DNA of 64,000 nt from a virus: IMG/VR virus record IMGVR_UViG_3300035670_000127, positions 17,364 through 81,363 of that record. The stretch is one strand, 5' to 3'. The position numbers and the translations under genes are program-made. The number at the start of each line of letters is the position of its first letter. Position 1 is the first letter of the stretch. The notes below the pieces were generated by a model. The model was not told the origin of the DNA, ran no database searches, and saw nothing but the letters and a program-made list of their open reading frames with translations. This document shows positions 28,331 to 37,217 of this stretch, piece by piece.

Positions 28331-28374
28331 GTGTTACTCTAAAGTCACCTCTAACCGAGTGACTTTAGAGTAAC
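28331..28374. repeat. palindromic intergenic repeat, copy 2
   Basis: GTTACTCTAAAGTCAC/GTGACTTTAGAGTAAC perfect 16-bp IR. Confidence 0.85.
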
Positions 28375-28379
28375 GGCTA

Positions 28380-28775
28380 TTACCGAGATGCCATGCAAGC
28401 CGCATCCGAGTTCCTGTGAGCTTTTCTTATGAGACCCATCGTTTTGGAATTTTTTGGGAGTGGTGATAAAACGAAGTTGCCTTCGTGCGTCATCACCTCC
28501 AATACCTCCTTCTCTTTCACCGTCTTTGTAATCCCGTTGCCTTCGTAATAGGTTTGCCAAGTCACTCGGCAACCTTCATAGGTATCCCCAGATACAAACC
28601 CAAACCCACATTCACCCGACAAGATAATCCATGCCACCGTTCTGGCGGTTTTTTCAGATACGGTGACTCCTTGTTTTCTTGATTCTCTCAAGATACTTCT
28701 AACGTAAACTTGAGTTGCTTCCTTAGAGTAAGAGGCGGATTGTTCTGCTAATGTTTCTGCTAGTGAGTATTTCAT
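28380..28775 (-). CDS. hypothetical protein
   Basis: ATG 28775 with AAGGTG RBS. Confidence 0.7.
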   Translation of the reverse strand: MKYSLAETLAEQSASYSKEATQVYVRSILRESRKQGVTVSEKTARTVAWIILSGECGFGFVSGDTYEGCRVTWQTYYEGNGITKTVKEKEVLEVMTHEGNFVLSPLPKNSKTMGLIRKAHRNSDAACMASR

Positions 28776-28804
28776 GTAACACCTTGTTAATTTTTGAGGT
28801 AGCT

Positions 28805-28864
28805 GCCTCGTCAGCACCGGGAGTCAATTCTCGGTGGACTCCCCAAACATCGGGGAGTTTCGGC
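28805..28864 (-). ncRNA. type II hammerhead ribozyme
   Basis: GCC-GAAA-CUCCCC(loop)GGGGAG-UC^CACCGAGA(loop)UCCCGGUG-CUGACGA-GGC; complete core and three stems. Confidence 0.88.
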
Positions 28865-29111
28865 TATTTATTTTGGGATGCAAGTTGAATTGCATCCGCT
28901 GGACTAACCCTATACCATTTGTTTGGGAAGTGTACCCACATCGGGGAATCCAATACTATTGCTACGAAGCGACTTAAAACAGCACAAATTCCATTCTCTC
29001 GGTTTATAAATCCTTATGCAGTCTCGCGACTCTATATCCATACACTTTACGCTTAACCGTGTCTCATCCGCGCTTCGCTGGCAATTGATAATTTTTTAGA
29101 TTGTTACTTCA

Positions 29112-29147
29112 GTGTTACTCTAAAATCACCTCTAAACGAGATGATTT
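29112..29147. repeat. palindromic intergenic repeat, copy 3
   Basis: GTGTTACTCTAAAATCACCTCTAAACGAGATGATTT. Confidence 0.75.
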
Positions 29148-29201
29148 CGTGGTTATTCGTTTGTAGTTACTTCGCTATCCATATAATAAGTCCATCCCTA
29201 A

Positions 29202-29519
29202 ATTTTTCAATACACTTTACTTTAAATATTTTCTATACTAAAGTTTTCGTGTTATACTTTTTATTATTCAAGTATTGTGCCACACGCCAAAAGCTAATGA
29301 AAATGCGCCTGTAGCGAATGTGGCGGTTTTCACTTTTATGACATTTTGTCAGCCTGTATTAGCATACTAATCGTGGGTCGGCGCATAAATAAAGGGTTTG
29401 CGGTATATTTGGCTGTTATGGCATTTTGTCACCTAGTCCAAGAAAGTTAATGGTGACGCGGGTTTTGATTATGACAAAATGTCAAAGCGATATTTTATAA
29501 GTAAAGTGTATTGAAAAAT
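29202..29519. promoter_or_regulatory. divergent control region bounded by a perfect 21-bp inverted repeat, with three TGACA-N3-TGTCA operators
   Basis: AAGTAAAGTGTATTGAAAAAT at 29499-29519 (+) and 29202-29222 (-); palindromes at 29339-29351, 29419-29431, 29472-29484. Confidence 0.75.
29267..29282 (-). promoter_or_regulatory. sigma54 (-24/-12)-like promoter
   Basis: TGGCACAATACTTGAA. Confidence 0.55.
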
Positions 29520-29579
29520 ATCAGATTGGCACTATATTATAATCAATAAAATAATTCACATAAGCGCGGGTGTACACGC

Positions 29580-30938
29580 ATGAAAAAAGTAGCTAAGGTG
29601 CTGATTGTATCACCAAATCATCAGTTGTCATTACACATCGGGGGTGTGGTAAAAAGGTGTGGTTATAGCGCACGGGTTATCTCGTCCGCTTTTGATATGA
29701 ATGAATTGGATGAATACCAATTCGTTCTGGTTGACGAAGAATTTGTAGAGTTTGCAAGTGAGGGTTGGATTATCCTTTGCCGACAAGAAACCGCTGATTA
29801 TCACCGTCAAAACGGCCTTATTCCTATCGTTAAGCCGTGCCTGCCCCATGATATTTACCGGTGCTTAGGGGTGTCCCCACCTAGCTTGTTAGTGGGCAGT
29901 TCCGAAGCGATGGTGTTGCTTCGGAAAATGGTTAGCAGACTTGCACCCCACGGGTTGCCTATTTACATTCATGGTGAGACGGGCGTGGGTAAAGAAGTGG
30001 TTGCAATGGAATTGCACAACCTGTCAGGCCGTCAGGGGGAGTTGGTCGTGGTCAATTGCGCCGGCTTTAGCAATGAGCTGTTAGCAAGCGAGTTGTTTGG
30101 ACATGAAAAAGGCTCTTTCACGGGCGCGGATAAGGAGAAGAAGGGGTTATTTGAACTGGCGCACGGCGGAACTATCTTTTTAGATGAGATAGGTGATATG
30201 CCTCTCCAGTGCCAGGCGAAGTTATTGAGGGTTTTGGAAAATGGTACTTTCATGCGGGTGGGAGGGACTAAACAACTTTCCTCCAATGCCCGCGTGGTGT
30301 GCGCAACCCATTACTCGCTTCCTCAATTGGTTAAGGAGAAGCAATTTAGGGGTGACTTATACCAACGGTTAAACGGCTTTACGATTAACATACCACCTCT
30401 TAGGGAACGGCTAGGTGACGTGCCCGGACTGGTTCAGTCATTCCTGCCGGGCGTCGGCTTTACTGGGGAGGCAATGCAATACATGCAATCGCTTCGCTGG
30501 CCGGGCAATGTCAGGGAACTGAAACAGGTCTGCCAACGGATTGAGATTTTTAGGGATGGGGAGGTGACTAAGGGTGTGGTCAAGATGGTCACCGACATTG
30601 ACATCGTGGTTAATGATGCACTCCCACTACCTGAGTCCAAAGGAGGGGATCATCAAGAGATTATCGGTGCGTTAGCTAACCTCACTGCGACGCTATCTAG
30701 TATGCAAGCCGGCGGGGCAGTCAAGACAGTGGTGGCAGTTGAAAAAGAAGAGAGGTCGGTTAATAATGGTGTGGTGTTGAGATTTAACGGTGTACCCACT
30801 CGAAACGACGTAATGAGGGCTTACTTCAAGGAGGTTTACGACCTTTGCGGGGGTAACATGAAACGAGTGGCAGAGGCAATGGGTATCTCTCGCACCACGT
30901 TGTACACAATGAGAAGCGAGTTAGAGTTAGAGGAATAA
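29580..30938 (+). CDS. sigma54-dependent transcriptional activator (NtrC-family bEBP)
   Basis: Degenerate REC, GETGVGKE, ELFGHEKGSFTGA, GGTIFLDEIGD, QAKLLRVLE, WPGNVREL, Fis-type HTH. Confidence 0.96.
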   Translation: MKKVAKVLIVSPNHQLSLHIGGVVKRCGYSARVISSAFDMNELDEYQFVLVDEEFVEFASEGWIILCRQETADYHRQNGLIPIVKPCLPHDIYRCLGVSPPSLLVGSSEAMVLLRKMVSRLAPHGLPIYIHGETGVGKEVVAMELHNLSGRQGELVVVNCAGFSNELLASELFGHEKGSFTGADKEKKGLFELAHGGTIFLDEIGDMPLQCQAKLLRVLENGTFMRVGGTKQLSSNARVVCATHYSLPQLVKEKQFRGDLYQRLNGFTINIPPLRERLGDVPGLVQSFLPGVGFTGEAMQYMQSLRWPGNVRELKQVCQRIEIFRDGEVTKGVVKMVTDIDIVVNDALPLPESKGGDHQEIIGALANLTATLSSMQAGGAVKTVVAVEKEERSVNNGVVLRFNGVPTRNDVMRAYFKEVYDLCGGNMKRVAEAMGISRTTLYTMRSELELEE

Positions 30939-30942
30939 AGGT

Positions 30943-31452
30943 ATGACTACCACAGAAAGAAGTAAGGGATTGATAGAAAGGGAGATGTTGAAGTTCCTTA
31001 GAAAACATCCACAGGCCGAGCTATTTTCAAGGGAGGCTATACTGGGTGAAGTTTTCACAAAAGGGGAATCTAACCTGTTAACACGGGTGCTAAAAAAGCA
31101 TGGGTTCTATCCAATCAATTCACCGCAAGGGAGGCTTTGGAGCCGCAAGCCGCGTGGTGAAAAGTGGATTAACCCAAGGAGGGCGGTTTTAGAGGCGGTA
31201 TTGGATTTATATCTAAGAAGCGAGAACCCAGAGGAGGTCACGACTCAAGAGTTCCTAACCCGCTTTTTACCCGATGCCGTGGCAACCCGGATGTCTGATA
31301 AACACCTCCTTGCAAGGATTTTGGAGAGTAAGGGATGGGCTAGGAAAAGTGAGGCTATGCCGCTTCTGAGAGGCACTCGAACGGCAATGGCTAGGGTGTG
31401 GATTAAACCTAAACCAAGACCCAAAAGACAGGAGGTTAAACCAGTAGAATAA
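30943..31452 (+). CDS. putative DNA-binding protein with tandem winged-helix-like repeats
   Basis: Two repeats ending L.RVL..HGF / LARIL..KGW..RVW, like C-terminal domains of VirE/primase-helicases. Confidence 0.55.
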   Translation: MTTTERSKGLIEREMLKFLRKHPQAELFSREAILGEVFTKGESNLLTRVLKKHGFYPINSPQGRLWSRKPRGEKWINPRRAVLEAVLDLYLRSENPEEVTTQEFLTRFLPDAVATRMSDKHLLARILESKGWARKSEAMPLLRGTRTAMARVWIKPKPRPKRQEVKPVE

Positions 31453-31458
31453 GTGAGA

Positions 31459-31488
31459 GGCCGTCAGCTAAATTGACGGCCATTTTTT
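31459..31488 (+). terminator. rho-independent terminator
   Basis: GGCCGTCA/TGACGGCC followed by ATTTTTT. Confidence 0.7.
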
Positions 31489-32338
31489 ATTGCCCAGAGG
31501 CGGTGGCAAAATCGGCTTTGACAGTGGGTTGTATATAAGCTGGTAGGGTACTCACTCTGCTTTGTATTGCCTCGTTTGCTACTTGAGTGCCTCCCAGTCC
31601 CTTCGCATAGTTGAACCCAGGGGAAGTGCCGACTGGAATAGATTCTGTTTTGCCAGTGTGGGGATTGGTATGGGTATAAGTGTCCTTCATACTCACTTGT
31701 TTAGTCTCCCCATTTTTCCCCTTGTAGGTCATCTTATCGTTATCCGGGTCGAATGGGGTTAAGCCGTGCCTTTCCATTTGAGAGACTGAAAAACTCCTTA
31801 ATTCGCAACGGCAACGGTGGTGAAAAGGCGGACCCCCGCGACTACCCCATTGCTGAATAGTCATACTCACACCTCCCATCATTGCACAATTGCCACATGT
31901 CCTTGCGCCGCCAGCCGTCATTAGGCTGGCATAAGGGCGAGTGTCAGCCGTCTCCCGCATACGTTGCATAATCCCTGCATTTAACGCGGTGTGTAAATTC
32001 GTCTCATAAACCACCTCTGCGCGGCGTGCGATTCCCTCGCGGGGTTGGAATCCAGTTTTCTCTGCAATGGCCTTAAAATCGCGTTTAAAGTCGGCTAACG
32101 TGCCTCCGTTAGTCAACACGTTGTTTAGACTTTCGTGTACTTGTGTAATCGCGTCGGCACGTACCATTCCGGTTACATAAAAAGTTGTTTCTTGCAAGGC
32201 CGCTGCTACCTGCCCACGCATTTCAACTGGAATATCTAGTTTATTATTCAGTGTGTCAATCGCCTCGGTAAACTGCACCGTTTGCCAATCAAAATTACTG
32301 CCAGTGGATTGGGTTAAATTAGTTTCGTTAGGGTTCAT
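31487..32338 (-). CDS. phage head morphogenesis protein (Mu gpF/SPP1 gp7 family)
   Basis: FTEAI, GGTLADFK, VVYETNL.TA.NAG, PPFHHRCRC, PGFNY. Confidence 0.9.
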   Translation of the reverse strand: MNPNETNLTQSTGSNFDWQTVQFTEAIDTLNNKLDIPVEMRGQVAAALQETTFYVTGMVRADAITQVHESLNNVLTNGGTLADFKRDFKAIAEKTGFQPREGIARRAEVVYETNLHTALNAGIMQRMRETADTRPYASLMTAGGARTCGNCAMMGGVSMTIQQWGSRGGPPFHHRCRCELRSFSVSQMERHGLTPFDPDNDKMTYKGKNGETKQVSMKDTYTHTNPHTGKTESIPVGTSPGFNYAKGLGGTQVANEAIQSRVSTLPAYIQPTVKADFATASGQ

Positions 32339-32402
32339 TTAAGTCACCTAGAGGGTTTGGTTAATTGATTGCTTGTCTTTGGGTAGAATACCCCTTTAGA
32401 AA

Positions 32403-32780
32403 ATCTGTATAGACTGTATGCAGTCGGTTAATCGAACCCCATACACGGAACCCTGCATATCTACAAGCCCCTATCCGTGCGGGTTTCCACCGTATAGGGT
32501 TCGATAATGGAGTGCATACGGTCCTATACAAATTCACTTTTGTATTGGCCAACCCCATACTGGCAGTTTCATAAGAAACCTAGCAACGGCGCGGTGTTTA
32601 GTTAAATTAACCTCGCTGTCAGTGCGTATAGGGTTGTATGCCGTAGTGGGTCTGTATAGACTGAAAACAGGATTTTACCGAATCCTAGAGTGCCCTGTTT
32701 ATGCGGGTCTAGGGGATTCGATAATTGCGTTTAAAGACCCTATTTTTACCAAACCCTATACAAGTCTATACAGTCTATAC
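32403..32780. repeat. Iteron-like locus B
   Basis: TGTATAGACTGTAT and CCCTATACA motifs; TACAAGCCCCTATCCGTGCGGGTTTCC is the reverse complement of 49849-49875. Confidence 0.75.
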
Positions 32781-34589
32781 ACTCACATCCGCCCATTGTT
32801 TTTCCTTTTCGTACCCCAATAGCCATGCCAAAACCATCGATTCAGTCAAGGCGGTTTGCGCCTCTTTACGTGGGAGTTGATAGAATCGGATTAACTGAGT
32901 TTGTAGGTCGGCGACCGAGTCGGCTTTTTCAACTATGTCCACTAATCGTTCTAAGTCTTTAGCTAAGAAACGGCTGTAGCTTTTTGCCGACCTTAGTTTG
33001 ATAATATCCAGTGGGTCATTAGGGGATAAGGTACTCACCCAATCTCTATTCCCGGCACTGTATTCATGACCACATTCACCGCATTGGCAACCCTCCCCAT
33101 GGTATGCTGAAAACGCCACCGTGTCTCGATGTTCAAGGTCGTCAGGAAGTGCGAGACCATCTTCAATTTGTCTCTCTTCTTGAGGTAGGTCGGCCTCTAC
33201 CACATCTTGAACCGTTGGTTCATTGCTATCTGATTCACTGCCAACCTGAGAGGATTCAGTCACCACCTGAGTCGCTTCCTCTAGCGAATCCCATTCACCC
33301 TCATACCCAGGTAAAATCGCCTCACCTTTGGTTGCTAATTCTACTTGCAATCTATCGCTTACAAATTGCAATGGTAAGGGTAGGTACTTACGGATAATAT
33401 CAAAACTCTCAGCCGCGGTCTTTTTAGCCTCACTTTCCTCGTAAAACTCAAAATAAGGAGATCTAACCTTCTCTCCAAAGTTAAACCGCGTGACTAAGAA
33501 AAAGAGGTGATTCATAGTGGAGGCTATCATCTTACGATGCGCCTCGGTGACCATCCCTTCGGATTCCAAATGAGTAGCGGCGGCGGCCCGTGAGCCTTGG
33601 TCTGTGATTTCAACTCCTAAAGTAGAGGATAGAATCGCTTTGGATAACTCACTATTCACTAGGTCAATAAAGCCACTGTGAATCATTTTCTCACTCGTCT
33701 TAGCCTCCATAAATTCGACGGCGACGTTATCCGGGACGGCGGCGCAAGCCGAATCTAACATGTTGCTTAACTGATTCAGAATGGTATCAATTGCCTCCGC
33801 TTTGGTGCCGGGTGGGTATTTACCAATTGCCCATGGACTGCCATGCCGTTCGATAAATTTGACATAATACTCCATCACCATGCGCTTGAAATTCACTAGC
33901 CAATAGCAGGAGGATAGAGCGGCAAAACCGTAGGGATTATCCACTGTCGCACGGTGGCGAGTAAGGAGGTAATTATTGGGGTGCAAGGGTTCACCTAAGA
34001 AGTTCCCACGAGTCCTGACCAAAGGGAGGCCGTAAGGTGTGAATAACACCCGTCGCCTGGGCACGTCAATCAATTCGATAGGTAACAGATACTTGCCTTT
34101 GTAATCCCAAACAATCTCCTTTAAATCAAAACCATAAAGGACGCATTCATAAACCTTAAAATAGAAGTCATCCCAGCTAAAGTTAGGGGAGGGTGGCGTA
34201 TCCAAAATCTTTTCACACAATGCCGCGGCCAGCTTATCTACTTTACGCAACCCGCCCGGCTGTACGTGCGTCTCAAAACGTACTAAACCGGCATACATTC
34301 TTTGGATAATGCCAGCGACATGCGCATCCTCTGCCAACCTCTCATACACGGGCACGGTCTGGGCGTACCCTAGCCTAGCCAACGTTGGGTCGGGGTTAAG
34401 GACGTAAGGGAGAGCGTGAATGAAGTCAGGGTCGTTGTCGACGCTAGTGACTCGTTGCCCGGTCATCTCCCCAGTTGTATTCTCTTCCCCTTGTTGATAG
34501 GTTGGGATAGATAACGTTGGAAACGGCGCACTGAATTGATAGGCTTTTATTAACGAATCGTAAAGACTGGGTCGGTTAATGCTTTTCAT
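32775..34589 (-). CDS. portal protein (Mu gp29/DUF935 family)
   Basis: EDAHVAG, LYGF..EIVW, NPYG, FIERHGSPW.IGKY, ELSKAIL..TL, GSRAAA..H. Confidence 0.93.
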   Translation of the reverse strand: MKSINRPSLYDSLIKAYQFSAPFPTLSIPTYQQGEENTTGEMTGQRVTSVDNDPDFIHALPYVLNPDPTLARLGYAQTVPVYERLAEDAHVAGIIQRMYAGLVRFETHVQPGGLRKVDKLAAALCEKILDTPPSPNFSWDDFYFKVYECVLYGFDLKEIVWDYKGKYLLPIELIDVPRRRVLFTPYGLPLVRTRGNFLGEPLHPNNYLLTRHRATVDNPYGFAALSSCYWLVNFKRMVMEYYVKFIERHGSPWAIGKYPPGTKAEAIDTILNQLSNMLDSACAAVPDNVAVEFMEAKTSEKMIHSGFIDLVNSELSKAILSSTLGVEITDQGSRAAAATHLESEGMVTEAHRKMIASTMNHLFFLVTRFNFGEKVRSPYFEFYEESEAKKTAAESFDIIRKYLPLPLQFVSDRLQVELATKGEAILPGYEGEWDSLEEATQVVTESSQVGSESDSNEPTVQDVVEADLPQEERQIEDGLALPDDLEHRDTVAFSAYHGEGCQCGECGHEYSAGNRDWVSTLSPNDPLDIIKLRSAKSYSRFLAKDLERLVDIVEKADSVADLQTQLIRFYQLPRKEAQTALTESMVLAWLLGYEKEKQWADVSV

Positions 34590-34591
34590 AT

Positions 34592-34936
34592 TTAGGTTAC
34601 CTCTTTAGGTACGCTTCGCTTCAGCTCCCCATTGGCTTGCATGTACTCAACTAAGAGGTTCACGGCGGTACTCAATACACCGTCTTTTAGAGTGTACACG
34701 TTAGACAGTAGCTGGTGTTGCATGTCATCAATTCGCCGCATAACATACTTCTTTTTTTCTGCGCTACTGATGTCCAAACGAGCCGCCTCCCTAATCAGTT
34801 CATAGATAAGGGATTGTATGTCAGGGGTAATCAGTTTGTTGATAAGCAACCAAAGGAGGTCGGTATCATTTTGTGCATTAACCAACCCCTTTAACCACAC
34901 CCATATCAACTTCAAATAATAGCTAAGAGTCTGCAT
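34592..34936 (-). CDS. hypothetical protein (lysis cassette-associated)
   Basis: ATG after GAGGAG; S.AEKK..V pattern of holin-like proteins. Confidence 0.6.
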   Translation of the reverse strand: MQTLSYYLKLIWVWLKGLVNAQNDTDLLWLLINKLITPDIQSLIYELIREAARLDISSAEKKKYVMRRIDDMQHQLLSNVYTLKDGVLSTAVNLLVEYMQANGELKRSVPKEVT

Positions 34937-35444
34937 TTTGCTTCTCCTCTTTGAATTTACATTTCGCACATTTGCACTTACGGCACTTAGATTGATGCCA
35001 GTTACTTTGGGTATATAATCGTCCCTTTAGAATCCGTGTAATAATCCCTTCCTTGCTATGGGGGTCGGTGGACTCATAAAAATTCAGTTCTAAATTGACT
35101 TGGAAAATGAGGTATAGTAACACGATGCCCTGGATACTCTCCAATAGAGTCCACAATACATCAAGCGTATCACCAATTAACCCGCCGCTACCTTGCAACA
35201 CCCAGCTCGTTTCTAGGAGGGCATACATGATAGTATAGAAAATGATAAGCACCACCCCGCGTCCCCGTTCCTGTTTGGTGATAGCGGGATTCTCCCACTT
35301 CTTTCTATTCATACGATACAGCGTGTAGATTCCAAAAGAAGCGGTGATTAGAAACAGTATGATGTTCCCTACCCCATTAGGGAATGCGAATAATAGCACT
35401 CCAATGGCAATTAAAAAATAGAGCGTCTGCCAATTAATATTCAT
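34923..35444 (-). CDS. multi-pass membrane protein
   Basis: Four hydrophobic helices, C-terminal Cys cluster. Confidence 0.7.
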   Translation of the reverse strand: MNINWQTLYFLIAIGVLLFAFPNGVGNIILFLITASFGIYTLYRMNRKKWENPAITKQERGRGVVLIIFYTIMYALLETSWVLQGSGGLIGDTLDVLWTLLESIQGIVLLYLIFQVNLELNFYESTDPHSKEGIITRILKGRLYTQSNWHQSKCRKCKCAKCKFKEEKQNADS

Positions 35445-35842
35445 TTGTCCTTACCTCTATTTGAATCATCAGTGGTGAGGGTTGTTTGCACTGGTGATTG
35501 GTCGACGTCGGTACGCTTTACGCTAGTTCCTCCCATTTCAATAGTCCCCTTCATATTATCAAACCGCCTCCTTAATAAAAAGAGAGCCTCATCGTGAAAA
35601 GCACCGGATAATACCGTAAATCCCATTTGCAGTTTAACATCCACAAAGCCTGCGAGTAGGATATAGATAGTGGGTGACACAAAGCTAACTGACAATATGA
35701 TTCGTCCTACTTGAAACCCGTTTCTAAAATCCTTTTTGGAGAGTGCGTTGACGAATGCACCTAGCAACCCTAATGTACATGAAATAGCTAAATTTACAAT
35801 ATGGTCGTGGTTTTCATTAATTAATTCCAGAATCACATCCAT
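35441..35842 (-). CDS. putative holin
   Basis: Three short TM helices, charged C-terminus, in late operon. Confidence 0.55.
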   Translation of the reverse strand: MDVILELINENHDHIVNLAISCTLGLLGAFVNALSKKDFRNGFQVGRIILSVSFVSPTIYILLAGFVDVKLQMGFTVLSGAFHDEALFLLRRRFDNMKGTIEMGGTSVKRTDVDQSPVQTTLTTDDSNRGKDK

Positions 35843-35854
35843 TTAAATCTCCCT

Positions 35855-36214
35855 TTAATTTTTATCACCTGCCCGTTTCAAAGTGCGATTCCATACCGTG
35901 GTGAATCGTGGAACGTTCAATTGGCAGCCACGGTATTGCATAAGGAGTAGGGTGCGCGACTCAGTGGGCAGGGAGAGTAAAATTTGATAGATAGGATTAT
36001 TGTGGTTACGTTGTAAAGTCGCCTCCTTTTTAGGGATTCGTAGCTTGGTAGTGAGTAGGCAAATTTGCAAGGTACGGTCAATTCCAATAAGTGACACGAG
36101 AGGTCGAATCGCCTTTGGGAAGCAATCCGTGTCCACTCGTTCGAAAAAGACCTGTACCTTGTATTGCATACAGGCCGACATCATACCTTGTAATTCCTTA
36201 CTTATGCTTTTCAT
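35855..36214 (-). CDS. Mor/C-like transcription regulator (Mu-like)
   Basis: FPKAIRPLVSLIGIDRTL..LRIPK..YRGCQLNVPR. Confidence 0.65.
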   Translation of the reverse strand: MKSISKELQGMMSACMQYKVQVFFERVDTDCFPKAIRPLVSLIGIDRTLQICLLTTKLRIPKKEATLQRNHNNPIYQILLSLPTESRTLLLMQYRGCQLNVPRFTTVWNRTLKRAGDKN

Positions 36215-36641
36215 TCAACACCCGTCTCGCTTCGCGTTCCATAATCTCTATACCCTCTATCATCAATAAGGACACACGTCCGAAGCCATAACGCTCTCGC
36301 ACCTCTTCCTCTGGGGAGAGGTGATAAAGATTCACTTTGGCGTACAAAACCGACCAGTCCAATCCCAGAATGCCCCCCATGGCACCGTATAACCAATGAC
36401 TGGATACACGTTGCCAAAAGAGGAAGGTTTCCCAGTTTTTAGGGAGGATATGACATTCGTCAGGGGTTGCCATTTGCCTAAATTGTTCGGCTAACTTAGC
36501 CGCGGTATCGGGGTCAACAAGGAGGTTAATATCAGACTCAACCTCCTCTATAGGTTTATCGTCGCCCCCTTGACCGCTGGCCCAATAATTGGCAACCTCA
36601 ACTAAATTATCCTCCTCAAATTGATTGCGGTACGACCCTAC
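36198..36641 (-). CDS. tail assembly chaperone GT (DUF1799), -1 frameshift extension
   Basis: ILPKNWET..F..SSHW..GAMGG..GLDW..GIEIMERE; frame open up to the slippery site at 36641. Confidence 0.85.
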   Translation of the reverse strand, partial: VGSYRNQFEEDNLVEVANYWASGQGGDDKPIEEVESDINLLVDPDTAAKLAEQFRQMATPDECHILPKNWETFLFWQRVSSHWLYGAMGGILGLDWSVLYAKVNLYHLSPEEEVRERYGFGRVSLLMIEGIEIMEREARRVLNEKHK

Positions 36642-37144
36642 TTTTTTTTGTCGGGTTGGTGAATATTAATGACATTCTTTGAGTAGTATTCCACTACTTG
36701 CTGAACCGTGGTGACAAAGCTAAAGAAGGCGTCTAACACCTCCCCTTGCATAGCGTCGCCTTTCTTTAATTGGGCAGTCACTTTACGAGTAATGGGTTTA
36801 TCATACTCGTCTTTCAGTGGGTTGCCGTCGCCGTCGGTTTCCGGAACTGACAGGTCAATAACCAGTCCGTCCTCACTCAATACCACGACCTCTGTGCAAA
36901 CCTCTAATACAGCCTTTTTGTTAGACCGCAGGGTATCTACAAATTTTCGTTTAGGGGCTTTGACTACCTCGCCGCCCTCGTCAACTGTGTCCTCTGTGTC
37001 AACCATCTCGCCGATGTACTCACCCCATTTTTCGGCATCCATCACATAAAACTTGACTCCTAACATGACAGCATTTCGTTCGCCGCGACCTAAGCTAATC
37101 TTGACGCTTTTCTGATTCGTGATATTACTAAATGTTAAAGGCAT
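36638..37144 (-). CDS. tail assembly chaperone G
   Basis: Follows tail tube; ends GAC AAA AAA AAG TAG; ATG 37144 with AGAGG RBS. Confidence 0.8.
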   Translation of the reverse strand: MPLTFSNITNQKSVKISLGRGERNAVMLGVKFYVMDAEKWGEYIGEMVDTEDTVDEGGEVVKAPKRKFVDTLRSNKKAVLEVCTEVVVLSEDGLVIDLSVPETDGDGNPLKDEYDKPITRKVTAQLKKGDAMQGEVLDAFFSFVTTVQQVVEYYSKNVINIHQPDKKK

Positions 37145-37217
37145 ATTTGAACCTCTTGTAATGAAATAAATTGAGGTTAATGCCAGCGACTTTATCACTA
37201 GCATTAACCAGTCGACA

